Source: Candidatus Portnoybacteria bacterium RBG_19FT_COMBO_36_7
Lineage (GTDB): Bacteria; Patescibacteriota; Minisyncoccia; Portnoybacterales; GWB1-42-6
NCBI GenBank assembly: GCA_001819495.1
Contig: MHMW01000028.1
Location: forward strand, 69,398 to 133,397
Direction: 5' to 3'
Length of the DNA: 64,000 nucleotides
In this document: positions 9,899 through 19,515 of the stretch, piece by piece
Layout of the letters: every line of letters starts with the position of its first letter
Numbering within the stretch: the first letter of the stretch is position 1
The notes under the pieces: generated by a model
The model's input: only the letters and a program-made list of their open reading frames with translations
The model's database searches: none
Told to the model about the DNA's origin: nothing
Program-made: the position numbers and the translations under genes

Positions 9899-10810
9899 AT
9901 GGATAATTTTGAAAAACAACAGACCATTGAAGCGATAAAGACGGTCATCAAGGCAAGATGGCTTTATGTTTTATTGATTCTTTTGCAGGCACTATTTATT
10001 AAAACTATAACCTTAAATAAAGTTGTTCCGCTTCCTTCTTTACCGCTTATTTTTTTGCTGTTTATTGCCATCTTTATTTTAAATTTTGGTTATTGGATTT
10101 ACTTTCGCAGACCATTTGAACGGGTGAAAGTTTTTCAATTGAAAATAATTAAATTTTCTCAGTTTATTATTGACCAGTTATCCATCTCGGCAATTTTATA
10201 CTTTTCTGGGACGGTCAATAAGATGCTCATTCTGGCTTATTTTGTGCCTTTAGTTTTTGCAGCTAGTTTATACCGGAGAAAAGGAGTTATTTTCGCCGCT
10301 GTTTCCGGAATTCTGCTTTTTAGTTTTTTGGTTATTTTAGAATATTTAGGAATAATCAAGCCTGGCACTCCAGAAGAAACAACGTTTGCGCGTTTTGTTA
10401 CCGGTGACAAGGTCTGGCTGCGCGGTGAATTAATTGGTTTTACTTTTTATTATTTTTGTGGGGCAGTAGCCGCTATTTATATGGCGGATTTGTTCAGAAA
10501 AAGAGAAGAAGAATTAAAAATAAAAAAAGATGAGCTAACCGGCAAAACAGAGATTCTGACAACGCAAACTCAGGAATTAACCAAAACCCGCGATTGGCTT
10601 CATGACGCTTTGATTAAATCTGATACCGCCAGATTAGAAATAAAAAAAACAAAAGATGAACTTCAAAAGACTAATGTTGAACTTCAGGCCAAAATCAACG
10701 AACTTGAAAAATATGGAGAAGTGACAACCGGCCGGGAACTCAAAATGATTGAATTGAAAGAGAAAATCAGGTTGCTTGAGGAAAAAATCGCAGAATTATA
10801 TAAAAAATAG
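9899..10810 (+). CDS. kinase-less multi-TM sensor-like protein (paralog 2)
   Basis: Same MDNFEKQQTIEAI start, TM layout and GRELKMIELK tail. Confidence 0.85.
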   Translation: MDNFEKQQTIEAIKTVIKARWLYVLLILLQALFIKTITLNKVVPLPSLPLIFLLFIAIFILNFGYWIYFRRPFERVKVFQLKIIKFSQFIIDQLSISAILYFSGTVNKMLILAYFVPLVFAASLYRRKGVIFAAVSGILLFSFLVILEYLGIIKPGTPEETTFARFVTGDKVWLRGELIGFTFYYFCGAVAAIYMADLFRKREEELKIKKDELTGKTEILTTQTQELTKTRDWLHDALIKSDTARLEIKKTKDELQKTNVELQAKINELEKYGEVTTGRELKMIELKEKIRLLEEKIAELYKK

Positions 10811-10837
10811 CAAAAACAATCACTGGCCCCAATCAAA

Positions 10838-11761
10838 ATGGATATTTTTGAGAAACAGCAGACAATTGAAGCGATAAGGACAATTATTAAAGCTCGCTGG
10901 TTTTTTATTTTAGTAATTGTTCTCCAGGCATTAATCGTAAAGATATTTTTTCAGGAAACGCCTTTGGCGAGCGCCTCGCTGATTTTTTTAATGGTCGGCA
11001 CCAGCTTTTTGTATAACTTTATTTATTGGCTTTATCTCCGTCGGTCGCCAGAAAAAGTTAATGATTCGATACTGAAAATTATTAAATTTTTGCAGGGTTT
11101 TTTAGACCAGCTGGCATTTGGAACCGTGCTTTATTTTTCTGGTACAGCCAATAAGATGCTGATGATTACCTATTTTATAATTATTATAATCAGCATGGGT
11201 GTTTATGGGAAAAAAGGGATTATTCTTACAACTCTTTCTGGCATGGCTATTTATAACGGTTTGGTTACCATGGAATACTATAGGTTAATGCCGCAGTTTT
11301 CGCCAGAGGTTTTTTCTACCACCCCGTGGCAGCCGTTAGCCAGTAATCCTGATTTTGCCCAGAAGCAAATAATTGCTTTTAGCTTATATTTAATCTCAGC
11401 GGCAATGTTTGCAATATTTTTAGGTGATTTATTTAAAAAAAGAGAGAAGCGATTAGCCGATCAAAGAGACGATTTAATAAAAAAAAGTGGTCTTTTAACT
11501 GTTCAGACCCAGGAACTTACCAAGACCAAAGACTATCTCCACGAAGCTCTGACAAAATCAGATAAAGCCAGAACAGAACTCGAACATACCAAAGCTCAGC
11601 TGGAAAAAACCAATGCCGAATTAAAAGCTAAACTAGATGAAGTTGAAAAATATGGCCAGGTGACAACCGGCCGTGAATTGAAAATGGCGGAACTGAAAGA
11701 GAAGATTAAGTCCATGGAAGAAAGGATAAGAGAATTAGAACAACAAATAACTGATAAATAA
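10838..11761 (+). CDS. kinase-less multi-TM sensor-like protein (paralog 3)
   Basis: Same architecture; GRELKMAELK tail. Confidence 0.85.
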   Translation: MDIFEKQQTIEAIRTIIKARWFFILVIVLQALIVKIFFQETPLASASLIFLMVGTSFLYNFIYWLYLRRSPEKVNDSILKIIKFLQGFLDQLAFGTVLYFSGTANKMLMITYFIIIIISMGVYGKKGIILTTLSGMAIYNGLVTMEYYRLMPQFSPEVFSTTPWQPLASNPDFAQKQIIAFSLYLISAAMFAIFLGDLFKKREKRLADQRDDLIKKSGLLTVQTQELTKTKDYLHEALTKSDKARTELEHTKAQLEKTNAELKAKLDEVEKYGQVTTGRELKMAELKEKIKSMEERIRELEQQITDK

Positions 11762-11764
11762 AAA

Positions 11765-12691
11765 ATGGACAATTTTGAGAAACAGCAGACAATTGAAGCG
11801 GTAAAAATGGTCATTAAAGCCAGGTGGTTTTATGTTTTGACCATTGTGCTTCAGGGCGCGGTTATAAAAATTTGGTTTCCTAGCGTTCCTTTGCCTACTT
11901 CGTTTTTGATTTTTCTGGTTGTGATTATTGTTTTTTTGATAAATTTTGGTTTTTGGGTATATCTTCGCCGGTCGCCGGAAAAAATCAACAATTTTACCTT
12001 AGAAGTCATTAAATTTTCCCAGGTGCCTTTGGAGCAATTTGGATTGGCCGCCATTCTTTATTTTTCAGGTACGGCCAATAAAATGCTTTTGATGATGTAT
12101 ATTATTCCGATTATGGTGGGCAGCGCTCTTTATAGGATAAAGGGAATAATTTTATCTGCTTTTTCCACAATGATTTTATACAGCGGCTTGGTTTTTTTGG
12201 AATATTTAGGGTTAATGCCTTATTTATCCCCTGAAGCCGCCGTCCAGTCAACAGGCAAGGTTTTAAGAGGAGAATGGTATTTGGTTAAAGGCCATATTAT
12301 AGGGTTTAACTTATATATAATCGGTGCTTCTTTTTATGCGGCTTATCTTGCTAATTTATTCAAACGCCGTGAGAAAAATCTTGTATTGCAGAAAAATGAT
12401 TTAGCTCAAAAAACTCAAGCGCTTATGATTCAGGCCGAGGAGCTTGAGAAAACTAAGAATTATCTTCATGAAGCCTTGGTTAAATCAGACAAAGCCAGAG
12501 CGGATCTTGAACAAATTAAATCAGAGATAGAAAAAGCTAATTCCGAATTGAAAATAAAAATCAACGAGCTTGAAAAATACAGCCAGGTGACCACCGGCCG
12601 GGAACTCAAGATGATTGAACTGAAAGAGGAAATAAAAAACCTCAAAGAAACCATCGGAAATTTAAAAAGTCAATTAGTTTCTGACAAATAA
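11765..12691 (+). CDS. kinase-less multi-TM sensor-like protein (paralog 4)
   Basis: Same architecture; GRELKMIELK tail. Confidence 0.85.
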   Translation: MDNFEKQQTIEAVKMVIKARWFYVLTIVLQGAVIKIWFPSVPLPTSFLIFLVVIIVFLINFGFWVYLRRSPEKINNFTLEVIKFSQVPLEQFGLAAILYFSGTANKMLLMMYIIPIMVGSALYRIKGIILSAFSTMILYSGLVFLEYLGLMPYLSPEAAVQSTGKVLRGEWYLVKGHIIGFNLYIIGASFYAAYLANLFKRREKNLVLQKNDLAQKTQALMIQAEELEKTKNYLHEALVKSDKARADLEQIKSEIEKANSELKIKINELEKYSQVTTGRELKMIELKEEIKNLKETIGNLKSQLVSDK

Positions 12692-12713
12692 ATTTTAATA
12701 AAAAAATAAATTT

Positions 12714-13718
12714 ATGAGCAATAGAAAAATATTTTTTATCTTAATGATTTTTTTATTTGCCTTGGCCGCTGTATTTTTTTTGATAGTCAATCCGTTTGGC
12801 GAAAGAAAAGAATCTAAGATTTTTCATGTTGGGCTGCTGCAGATGGCTTCAACCGTCAATGCCAATATAGAAGGTTTTAAAGCCGGTATGGAAGAGCTGG
12901 GATACGAAGAAGGCATAAATATTTTATATGATTATAAGAATGCGGAAGGAGATATGGATCTGACCAAAAAATACGCAAAGGAGATAGTGGCCAAAAACCC
13001 GGATCTGATTTTCACCAATACTTCTCCGGCAACCCAGGCAATAAAGGATGAAACCGCGAGCAAAAACATTCCTGTTGTTTTTTCTATGGTCGCTGACCCG
13101 GTAGGGGCTGGTTTTGTTGCCAGTATTCAGAGTTCCGGAAATAATCTTTGCGGCACCAGCTGCGCTTATATTGACATCGCGCCAAAAAGATTGGAATTTT
13201 TAAAGGAAGCATTTCCTGGTATCAAAAAAGTGCTGGTTTTTTATCGGCCAGAAGACAAATCCGGCGCTCCGGCGACCGAAGCGATAAAAAAAGCCGGTCA
13301 AAAATTAGGAATAAAAATAATAGATAAGCCCATTTCCAACTCGGATGAAATAAAATCGGTGCTGGAGGCTTTGGCGCCAGGCGATGTAGACGCTTTAATG
13401 GATCCGGCCGATTCCATGGTAACGGCCAATGTTGATTCATTGGTCATGGCTTCGCGGAGGCTAAAGATTCCTCTAATAATGATGAGCGACCTGGAAGCAG
13501 AGAAAGGAGCAACTATTACTTATGGCGTAGATTATTCTGACTTAGGGAAACAGTCGGCTTATATTGCTGATAAAATCCTTAAAGGAGCAGAGCCGGCTGA
13601 AATTCCGATCGAGATGCCAAGAAAATTTCGGATAGTTATGAACTTGAAAGTAGCCAGCGAGATTGGCCTTGAAATATCAGACGATGCGATTATTAGAGCA
13701 AGCCGAAAAATAGATTAA
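12714..13718 (+). CDS. ABC-type substrate-binding protein (ABC_sub_bind type), no transporter adjacent
   Basis: N-terminal anchor, GFKAGMEELGY.EG.NI, IPVVF..V.DPVGAG.V.S...SGNN..G, YGVDY..LG.Q.A..ADKILKG..PA.IPIE. Confidence 0.9.
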   Translation: MSNRKIFFILMIFLFALAAVFFLIVNPFGERKESKIFHVGLLQMASTVNANIEGFKAGMEELGYEEGINILYDYKNAEGDMDLTKKYAKEIVAKNPDLIFTNTSPATQAIKDETASKNIPVVFSMVADPVGAGFVASIQSSGNNLCGTSCAYIDIAPKRLEFLKEAFPGIKKVLVFYRPEDKSGAPATEAIKKAGQKLGIKIIDKPISNSDEIKSVLEALAPGDVDALMDPADSMVTANVDSLVMASRRLKIPLIMMSDLEAEKGATITYGVDYSDLGKQSAYIADKILKGAEPAEIPIEMPRKFRIVMNLKVASEIGLEISDDAIIRASRKID

Positions 13719-13760
13719 AAATTTTAATCTTCACTAAACAAATATTAAAGTCGCCAAAAA

Positions 13761-16112
13761 ATGATTTTTAAGATGCCGAAAATAAAACTAGGGAATAAAA
13801 TTGCTCTTATCTATTTTGTTTTGGGATTTGCGACGATTATCGCAGTCAGTCTTATCTGGTTTTTGCCCTCGCTGAGCGAGACAAAAACAAATGCGGCCAG
13901 GGTCCAGCTTGAAATAGCCAGACGAGGAGCGCAAGAAATCAGTTCTTTTATAGACTACAAACTGGATTCACTCCAAAAGCTAAGCTTTTTTATGGAGCCC
14001 GAAGAGACGGAAAAAAATCGGGAGATTTTCAACAGGTTTATGCAGAAAGACCAGTCTTTTTTTGAGATAACTTTAATTGGCGAAACAGGGAGAGAACAGA
14101 TTAAGGTTTCGCAATTTGATATTTTTACGGAAGCGGACATGGCCGACCGCAGCAAAGAAGAATATTTTCAGATGACGCTTGAAGGATCCTATCTTATCAG
14201 CCAAGTTTTTTTCAATGAAATGGCCGAGCCTTACCTGGTTTTGGCCGTTCCGGTTTTTTCTTTTCCAAAAGGGGCGGTAATATTGGCAAAATTTAAACTG
14301 GCAGAGATGTGGCAGATTGTTTCTTCTCTTAAGGCCGGATTACAAAGCCGCGCGTTTGTTGTTGATAATGAAGGAAAGCTGATTGCCGATTCTAACCCTT
14401 CATTGGTTTTAAAAAATATAAATCTGGCGGATTTGCCGCCGGTTAAAAAAATAATTGAAAACAATCTTATTGTCGACGGATTGAGCCCTGAAGACAGTTA
14501 TTTGAACGATCAAAGCCAGACGGTTTTATCGGTTGGCGTGCCAATGGAAAAATTAGGCTGGGGGGTTATTATTGAGCAACCAGAAGAAGACGCGTACAGC
14601 GCGTTGGGCAATAAAATAACTGCTTTCGTTCTTATATTTTTATTAGGAGGTGTTTCGATTTTTTTTGTCGGCCGGCTTTTGGTCATTTATCTTTTCGGGC
14701 CGATGAATAAACTGGAGAAAGGCGCAAAAATCATTGGGGCGGGAAATCTTGACTACCGATTGAATATTAGGACAGGAGATGAAATTGAGGAGCTGGCCCA
14801 ATCTTTCAATGAAATGGCCAGTCAATTGAAGGAATTTTATACCGATTTAGAGCATAAAGTTGACGAAAGGACATCGGAGCTAAAAAGTCAACGAAACAAA
14901 CTTGATCAATCTTCTAAAAAACTGATTGACAGGGAAATCGTTCTTGGTGAGGTTAAAAAACAACAAGAAAAAGCGCTCCAAGAAGCAACCAAGGCCAGGC
15001 ATAAAGCAGAAGAAGCCAGAATCGCTAGTTTGAATATTTTAGAGGATATTGACGAGGCCAGAAAAGCTCAAGAAGACGAAAAGAACAAGATCGAGGCGGT
15101 ATTAAGAAGTTTAACTGACGGTTTGATAATGCTGGACCAATTTGGCTGGGTTTCTTTGATCAACGTTGAAGCGGAATTAATGCTGAATTTAAAGAAAGAA
15201 GATATCGTTTCAAAAAGGCTCGGAGAAATAACCAATCCGAATATCAAAAAAATAGACGATCTTATCAGGACTAAAGAAGAAGATGTTGAAAAAACAGAAA
15301 TCCAGTTAGACGGTTTTGACGAAAGGATCCTAGAAATCAGTACAGCGCCGGTCATCGGGATTAATAAAAAAATCTTGGGTCAGATTATAATTTTGCATGA
15401 TATTACGCGCGAAAAAGCCGTTGAAAGGATGAAAACGGAATTTGTCACGATTGCTGCTCATCAGTTGCGTACACCGCTGTCGGCCGTCAAATGGACGCTG
15501 CGGCTTATCCTAGACGGTGATATAGGTAAGATCACTGAAGAGCAGGCAGAAACCCTTCAGAAAGGATATCTGAGCAATGAGAGGATGATTAGTTTGGTTA
15601 ATGATCTGCTTAATATTACCAGGATCGAAGAAGGAAGATTCATTTTCGGATTTTTAAAGACTCCTTTCGTTTCTTTAATTCAGGAAACAATTGATAACTT
15701 TCAGGTGCTAGCCAACATGAAAAATATTAAAATAAAATTTGAAAAGCCGAAGAATGATATTGAAATCCTGGCTGACAAAGAAAAAATTAAGCTGGCTTTG
15801 CAAAATCTGATGGAAAATGCCATCAATTATTCGCCTTCAGGAAGCGACGTGACAATTTCGCTTGATTGGGATAATATTAATTTGACGTTCAGCGTTGCCG
15901 ATAAAGGAATGGGAATTCCTAAAAAACAGCAGGAAAGGATTTTTACTAAATTTTTTAGAGGTGAAAATGCAATAAGAACGGAAACCGAAGGCACGGGCCT
16001 TGGTCTTTTCTTGACTAAGAACATCATAGAGAAGCATGGAGGCAAGATCTGGTTTGAAACCGAGGAGAATAAGGGATCAGTATTCTTTTTTTCACTGCCA
16101 TTAGCTAAATAA
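13761..16112 (+). CDS. sensor histidine kinase (Cache-like periplasmic, HAMP, coiled coil, PAS, HisKA, HATPase)
   Basis: HAMP TGDEIEELAQSFNEM, H-box AAHQLRTPL, N-box NLMENAINYS, G1 DKGMGI, G2 GTGLGL. Confidence 0.95.
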   Translation: MIFKMPKIKLGNKIALIYFVLGFATIIAVSLIWFLPSLSETKTNAARVQLEIARRGAQEISSFIDYKLDSLQKLSFFMEPEETEKNREIFNRFMQKDQSFFEITLIGETGREQIKVSQFDIFTEADMADRSKEEYFQMTLEGSYLISQVFFNEMAEPYLVLAVPVFSFPKGAVILAKFKLAEMWQIVSSLKAGLQSRAFVVDNEGKLIADSNPSLVLKNINLADLPPVKKIIENNLIVDGLSPEDSYLNDQSQTVLSVGVPMEKLGWGVIIEQPEEDAYSALGNKITAFVLIFLLGGVSIFFVGRLLVIYLFGPMNKLEKGAKIIGAGNLDYRLNIRTGDEIEELAQSFNEMASQLKEFYTDLEHKVDERTSELKSQRNKLDQSSKKLIDREIVLGEVKKQQEKALQEATKARHKAEEARIASLNILEDIDEARKAQEDEKNKIEAVLRSLTDGLIMLDQFGWVSLINVEAELMLNLKKEDIVSKRLGEITNPNIKKIDDLIRTKEEDVEKTEIQLDGFDERILEISTAPVIGINKKILGQIIILHDITREKAVERMKTEFVTIAAHQLRTPLSAVKWTLRLILDGDIGKITEEQAETLQKGYLSNERMISLVNDLLNITRIEEGRFIFGFLKTPFVSLIQETIDNFQVLANMKNIKIKFEKPKNDIEILADKEKIKLALQNLMENAINYSPSGSDVTISLDWDNINLTFSVADKGMGIPKKQQERIFTKFFRGENAIRTETEGTGLGLFLTKNIIEKHGGKIWFETEENKGSVFFFSLPLAK

Positions 16113-16129
16113 AAATAAAACAATGCCAA

Positions 16130-16200
16130 TATCATGCGAATGATATTCAAATGACGCGAATATATCTGCGGCATTTGTATCCGTTCGTAGATTTACATTA
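16130..16200. repeat. degenerate CGAAT-type short inverted repeat tract
   Basis: gcgaat/caaat/gcgaat followed by atttg/atccg/ttcgt; similar to 32940-33025. Confidence 0.4.
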
Positions 16201-16206
16201 TATTTT

Positions 16207-17034
16207 ATGAAGAAAATTTTAATAATTGAAGACGAAAAAGTCCTTTTGGAGATTCTAGAAAAGAAGTTAACAGCGCAGGGATACGAAGTGGTGGTTGCCA
16301 AAGACGGGGAAGAAGGTTTAAATAAAATGAAAGAGTCAAAACCGGATCTTATTTTGCTAGATATTATTATGCCGAAAATGGATGGCTTTGAGGTTTTGAC
16401 CGAGATGAACAAAAATGGGGCACTTTCAGAAATCCCAGTTATTATTATTTCAAATTCGGGTCAGCCGGTTGAAATTGACAGAGCGCTTAAGCTGGGTGTT
16501 AAGGATTATCTGATAAAAACGGAATTTAACCCGGAAGAAGTGATTGCTAAGGTTATTAAAATATTCGGTGAAGCTCCGGCAATGCCGGAAAAAAAAGATT
16601 TGTCAGGGTCCGAAAGCAAGGAAAAATCAATGGGAAAAAAAAGGAATAATTCAGGCAATAAGATTCTGATTGTTGAAGACGATAAGTTTCTGCGCGACTT
16701 GATCATCAAAAAATTAAAAAATGAGGGCTATGAAACTGTTTTTGCTGTCGGCGGAGAGGAAGGGTTGAAGAAAATAGAAGAAGAAAGACCGTCTTTGGTG
16801 CTTCTCGATCTTATCTTGCCGGGAATTGACGGATTTGAGGTATTAAAACAGGTGAAAAGTAATTCTTCCGATGAGATCAAAAATATCCCGGTGATAATTT
16901 TGAGCAATTTGGGTCAGCAAGATGATGTGAAAAAAGGCATTAATCTGGGCGCAGTTGATTTTTTAATAAAAGCCCATTTTACGCCAAGTGAGATTATTGA
17001 TAAAATAAAGCAGGTCTTGAAAGAAAAAAAATAG
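16207..17034 (+). CDS. response regulator with two receiver domains and no output domain
   Basis: ILIIEDE..LLDIIMP..K and ILIVEDD..LLDLILP..K. Confidence 0.92.
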   Translation: MKKILIIEDEKVLLEILEKKLTAQGYEVVVAKDGEEGLNKMKESKPDLILLDIIMPKMDGFEVLTEMNKNGALSEIPVIIISNSGQPVEIDRALKLGVKDYLIKTEFNPEEVIAKVIKIFGEAPAMPEKKDLSGSESKEKSMGKKRNNSGNKILIVEDDKFLRDLIIKKLKNEGYETVFAVGGEEGLKKIEEERPSLVLLDLILPGIDGFEVLKQVKSNSSDEIKNIPVIILSNLGQQDDVKKGINLGAVDFLIKAHFTPSEIIDKIKQVLKEKK

Positions 17035-17038
17035 CAGA

Positions 17039-18091
17039 ATGAAAAAGAAGCACCGTTTGATTATATTGAAAGCAGTTTTTGCCGCGGCCTTTATTTTAGG
17101 CCTCTTTTTGATTTGGGAAAAAAGGTCAGTTTTTACAATTATTCCTGAACAAGCAGGTCAGGACAACAGAGAAGAAGAGATGATTGATGAACCAAGCGGG
17201 CTAAAAAGTCCGATTTCAGGCGTTGCCTGTGAAAATGCAAAGCGTCGGCCAATCGCTGTTATGCTTGGAGGAGATACAGTAGCCAGGCCTCTTTCTGGCA
17301 TCGGGGAAGCAGACCTGGTTTTTGAGATGCAGGTGATTGAAGGAAGTATTACTCGTTTAATGGCCGTGTTTGTCTGTGCTGACCCAGGGCAAATCGGGGC
17401 GGTCAGGAGCGCCAGGCACGATTTTATTCCTTTGGCCAATGGTTTCGACGCGATCTACGCCCATTGGGGCGGCTCCCACTTTGCTTTGGATAAACTAAAG
17501 ACCGGTATTGCTGATAATATAGATGCCCTGCCTAATCTATACAGCGCTTTTTATAGACAAAGCGGCATTGTTGCGCCACATAACGGTTTTACTTCAACAA
17601 GCCGATTGTTAAATGCGGCTGAAAAACTTAGTTATCGGACAACCGGAAAATTTATTGGTTATTATCATATGACAGAAAAGGAGACTGCCTTGCATGGACA
17701 GGAAAATAAAATCTTGCGCATAAGCTACGCGCCGCCTTTCAATATCGGTTATGAGTATAGCCCGAAAAAAAACTCTTATCTGCGTTTCCGCGGCGGCACC
17801 AAAGAAATTGATAAAAATACCGGCAATCAGATTGAGGCGAAAAACATTGTTGTCATGCGGGCTATTTCCCAGCCGCTTGAAGGGCAATATAATGATGTTC
17901 AAGTTGAAGGGGAAGGTAAAGCAGAGTATTATTTAAACGGACACAAAAAAGACGGCAAATGGAAAAAAGATAAAAGCGACGTGAGCAGCAAACTCTATTT
18001 TTACGATAAAGAAGGAGAAGAAATTAAATTCGTGCCCGGTTCAATCTGGATTGAGATAGCTGACCCTGGCATGGCGATAACTTGGGAATGA
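17039..18091 (+). CDS. DUF3048 / YerB-like exported protein
   Basis: RPIAVM, ARPLSG..EADLVFE..EG.ITR, G.VRSAR, HWGGS, APHN. Confidence 0.85.
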   Translation: MKKKHRLIILKAVFAAAFILGLFLIWEKRSVFTIIPEQAGQDNREEEMIDEPSGLKSPISGVACENAKRRPIAVMLGGDTVARPLSGIGEADLVFEMQVIEGSITRLMAVFVCADPGQIGAVRSARHDFIPLANGFDAIYAHWGGSHFALDKLKTGIADNIDALPNLYSAFYRQSGIVAPHNGFTSTSRLLNAAEKLSYRTTGKFIGYYHMTEKETALHGQENKILRISYAPPFNIGYEYSPKKNSYLRFRGGTKEIDKNTGNQIEAKNIVVMRAISQPLEGQYNDVQVEGEGKAEYYLNGHKKDGKWKKDKSDVSSKLYFYDKEGEEIKFVPGSIWIEIADPGMAITWE

Positions 18092-18100
18092 TTTTAGGCT

Positions 18101-19054
18101 ATGATTATTTTTCTCTACGGTCCGGATTCATACCGGTCCAATCAAAAATTAAAAGAAATAATTAAGAATTATAAGGCCAAACATAAAAGCGGGCTGAATT
18201 TTCAGTCGTTTGACTGGTCGAGCAGCGCTCTGAACGATATAAAAAATATTTTGTCTTCTGTTTCAATGTTTGACGAAAAAAAATTAATCGTTGTCAAAAA
18301 TGCCTGCGGCGCAGCCAAAGATAATCAGGGGAAAATGATAGAAATACTGAAGGAAAAGAAAGCGTTGCAAGACGAGAGCGTTATAATCTTGTTTTTTGAA
18401 GCGGCAAAACCCGAAAAAAGCGAACTTTTTAGCTGGCTGGCCAGGCATGTCAGAATGGTTGAATGTTTTGAAAGTCTGATTGGTGCTAAGCTTGTCAATT
18501 GGGTAAAAAAAGAAATCGAGAAAGCGGGCAGCCTGATCGAAGCCGAGGCGCTTGAAAAACTGGTCAGTTTTATCGGCGCTGATCTTTGGCAGATGCATAA
18601 TGAAATTGATAAGTTGGTTAGTTTTAAGGCTGGCGAGCCGATAACCGAAAATGACGTGGACTTGTTTATTCGTTCAAAATACGACACCAATATTTTTGCT
18701 ATGATTGACGCTTTGGCCGCGCGCAATAAAAACTTAGCTTATAAATTAATGCACCAGCACCTAAGCTTGGGAGAAAATGAAATATATATTCTGACTATGT
18801 TTATTTATCAATTCAGGAACTTACTGCAGATAAAAAATTTGATTGATGCTGGAATTTCTTACGATGCCTTGGCTAAAAAAACAGGACTACACCCTTTTAT
18901 CATAAAGAAATCATGGCCGCAATTGAAAAATTTCAGCCAGGATATTTTGAAAAAGATTTACGACAGGCTGCTTAGCATAGATATCGGGATTAAGCGCGGG
19001 CATATCGAGCCACAGACAGCGCTGGATTTAGTGGTAGGGGAAATAGCGGGATAG
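18101..19054 (+). CDS. holA: DNA polymerase III delta subunit
   Basis: IFLYG.D, SMF..KKLIVVKN, NEIDKL, NIF..IDA, HPF..KK; adjacent to rpsT. Confidence 0.9.
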   Translation: MIIFLYGPDSYRSNQKLKEIIKNYKAKHKSGLNFQSFDWSSSALNDIKNILSSVSMFDEKKLIVVKNACGAAKDNQGKMIEILKEKKALQDESVIILFFEAAKPEKSELFSWLARHVRMVECFESLIGAKLVNWVKKEIEKAGSLIEAEALEKLVSFIGADLWQMHNEIDKLVSFKAGEPITENDVDLFIRSKYDTNIFAMIDALAARNKNLAYKLMHQHLSLGENEIYILTMFIYQFRNLLQIKNLIDAGISYDALAKKTGLHPFIIKKSWPQLKNFSQDILKKIYDRLLSIDIGIKRGHIEPQTALDLVVGEIAG

Positions 19055-19090
19055 TTCAAATTTTAAAGTTAAAAGTTCAAAGTCAAAAAC

Positions 19091-19120
19091 AAAAATCCGC
19101 CTTTTAGGCGGTATTTTTGT
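19091..19120. terminator. bidirectional intrinsic terminator between holA and rpsT
   Basis: aaaaatccgcc-tttt-aggcggtattttt. Confidence 0.65.
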
Positions 19121-19375
19121 TTATTTATTAAGAAGTTTCATTAAGCGGGATTTTTTTCGGGCGGCCGTATTTTTCTTGATAACGCCTCTTTTAGCCGCTT
19201 TATCAAGTGCCTGATAGGCAGAAGCCATCAGTTTTTTAGCTTCGTCTCTATTTGTTAAAGCCAGTTTTTTGATTTTTTTTGTTATGTCTTTGACCGCTTT
19301 GGCGCGCGCCAAATTAAGCACTCGGTGCTTTTTTGCCTGTCTTAATGCTTTTTTCGCAGATTCTTTTATTGGCAT
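19121..19375 (-). CDS. rpsT: 30S ribosomal protein S20
   Basis: SAKKALRQ, DKAAKRGVIKKNTAARKKSRL. Confidence 0.97.
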   Translation of the reverse strand: MPIKESAKKALRQAKKHRVLNLARAKAVKDITKKIKKLALTNRDEAKKLMASAYQALDKAAKRGVIKKNTAARKKSRLMKLLNK

Positions 19376-19515
19376 GAAAAATAGTTGAAAGTTTAAAGTT
19401 AAAAGTGAAAAGTTCCCCGCCTTCGCTAAAGCTGAGGCGAGGCGAGGGAGGTCGAAAATTTATTCTGGATTAGCATAGAAAATATATCAGAAAATCGGAT
19501 TTTTAGCAAGTTTTT

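Noticed and set aside
8963-12691. Diversity-generating retroelement as the source of paralog variation
   Set aside because: No reverse transcriptase and no TR/VR pair with adenine-specific differences; the C-termini are the conserved part
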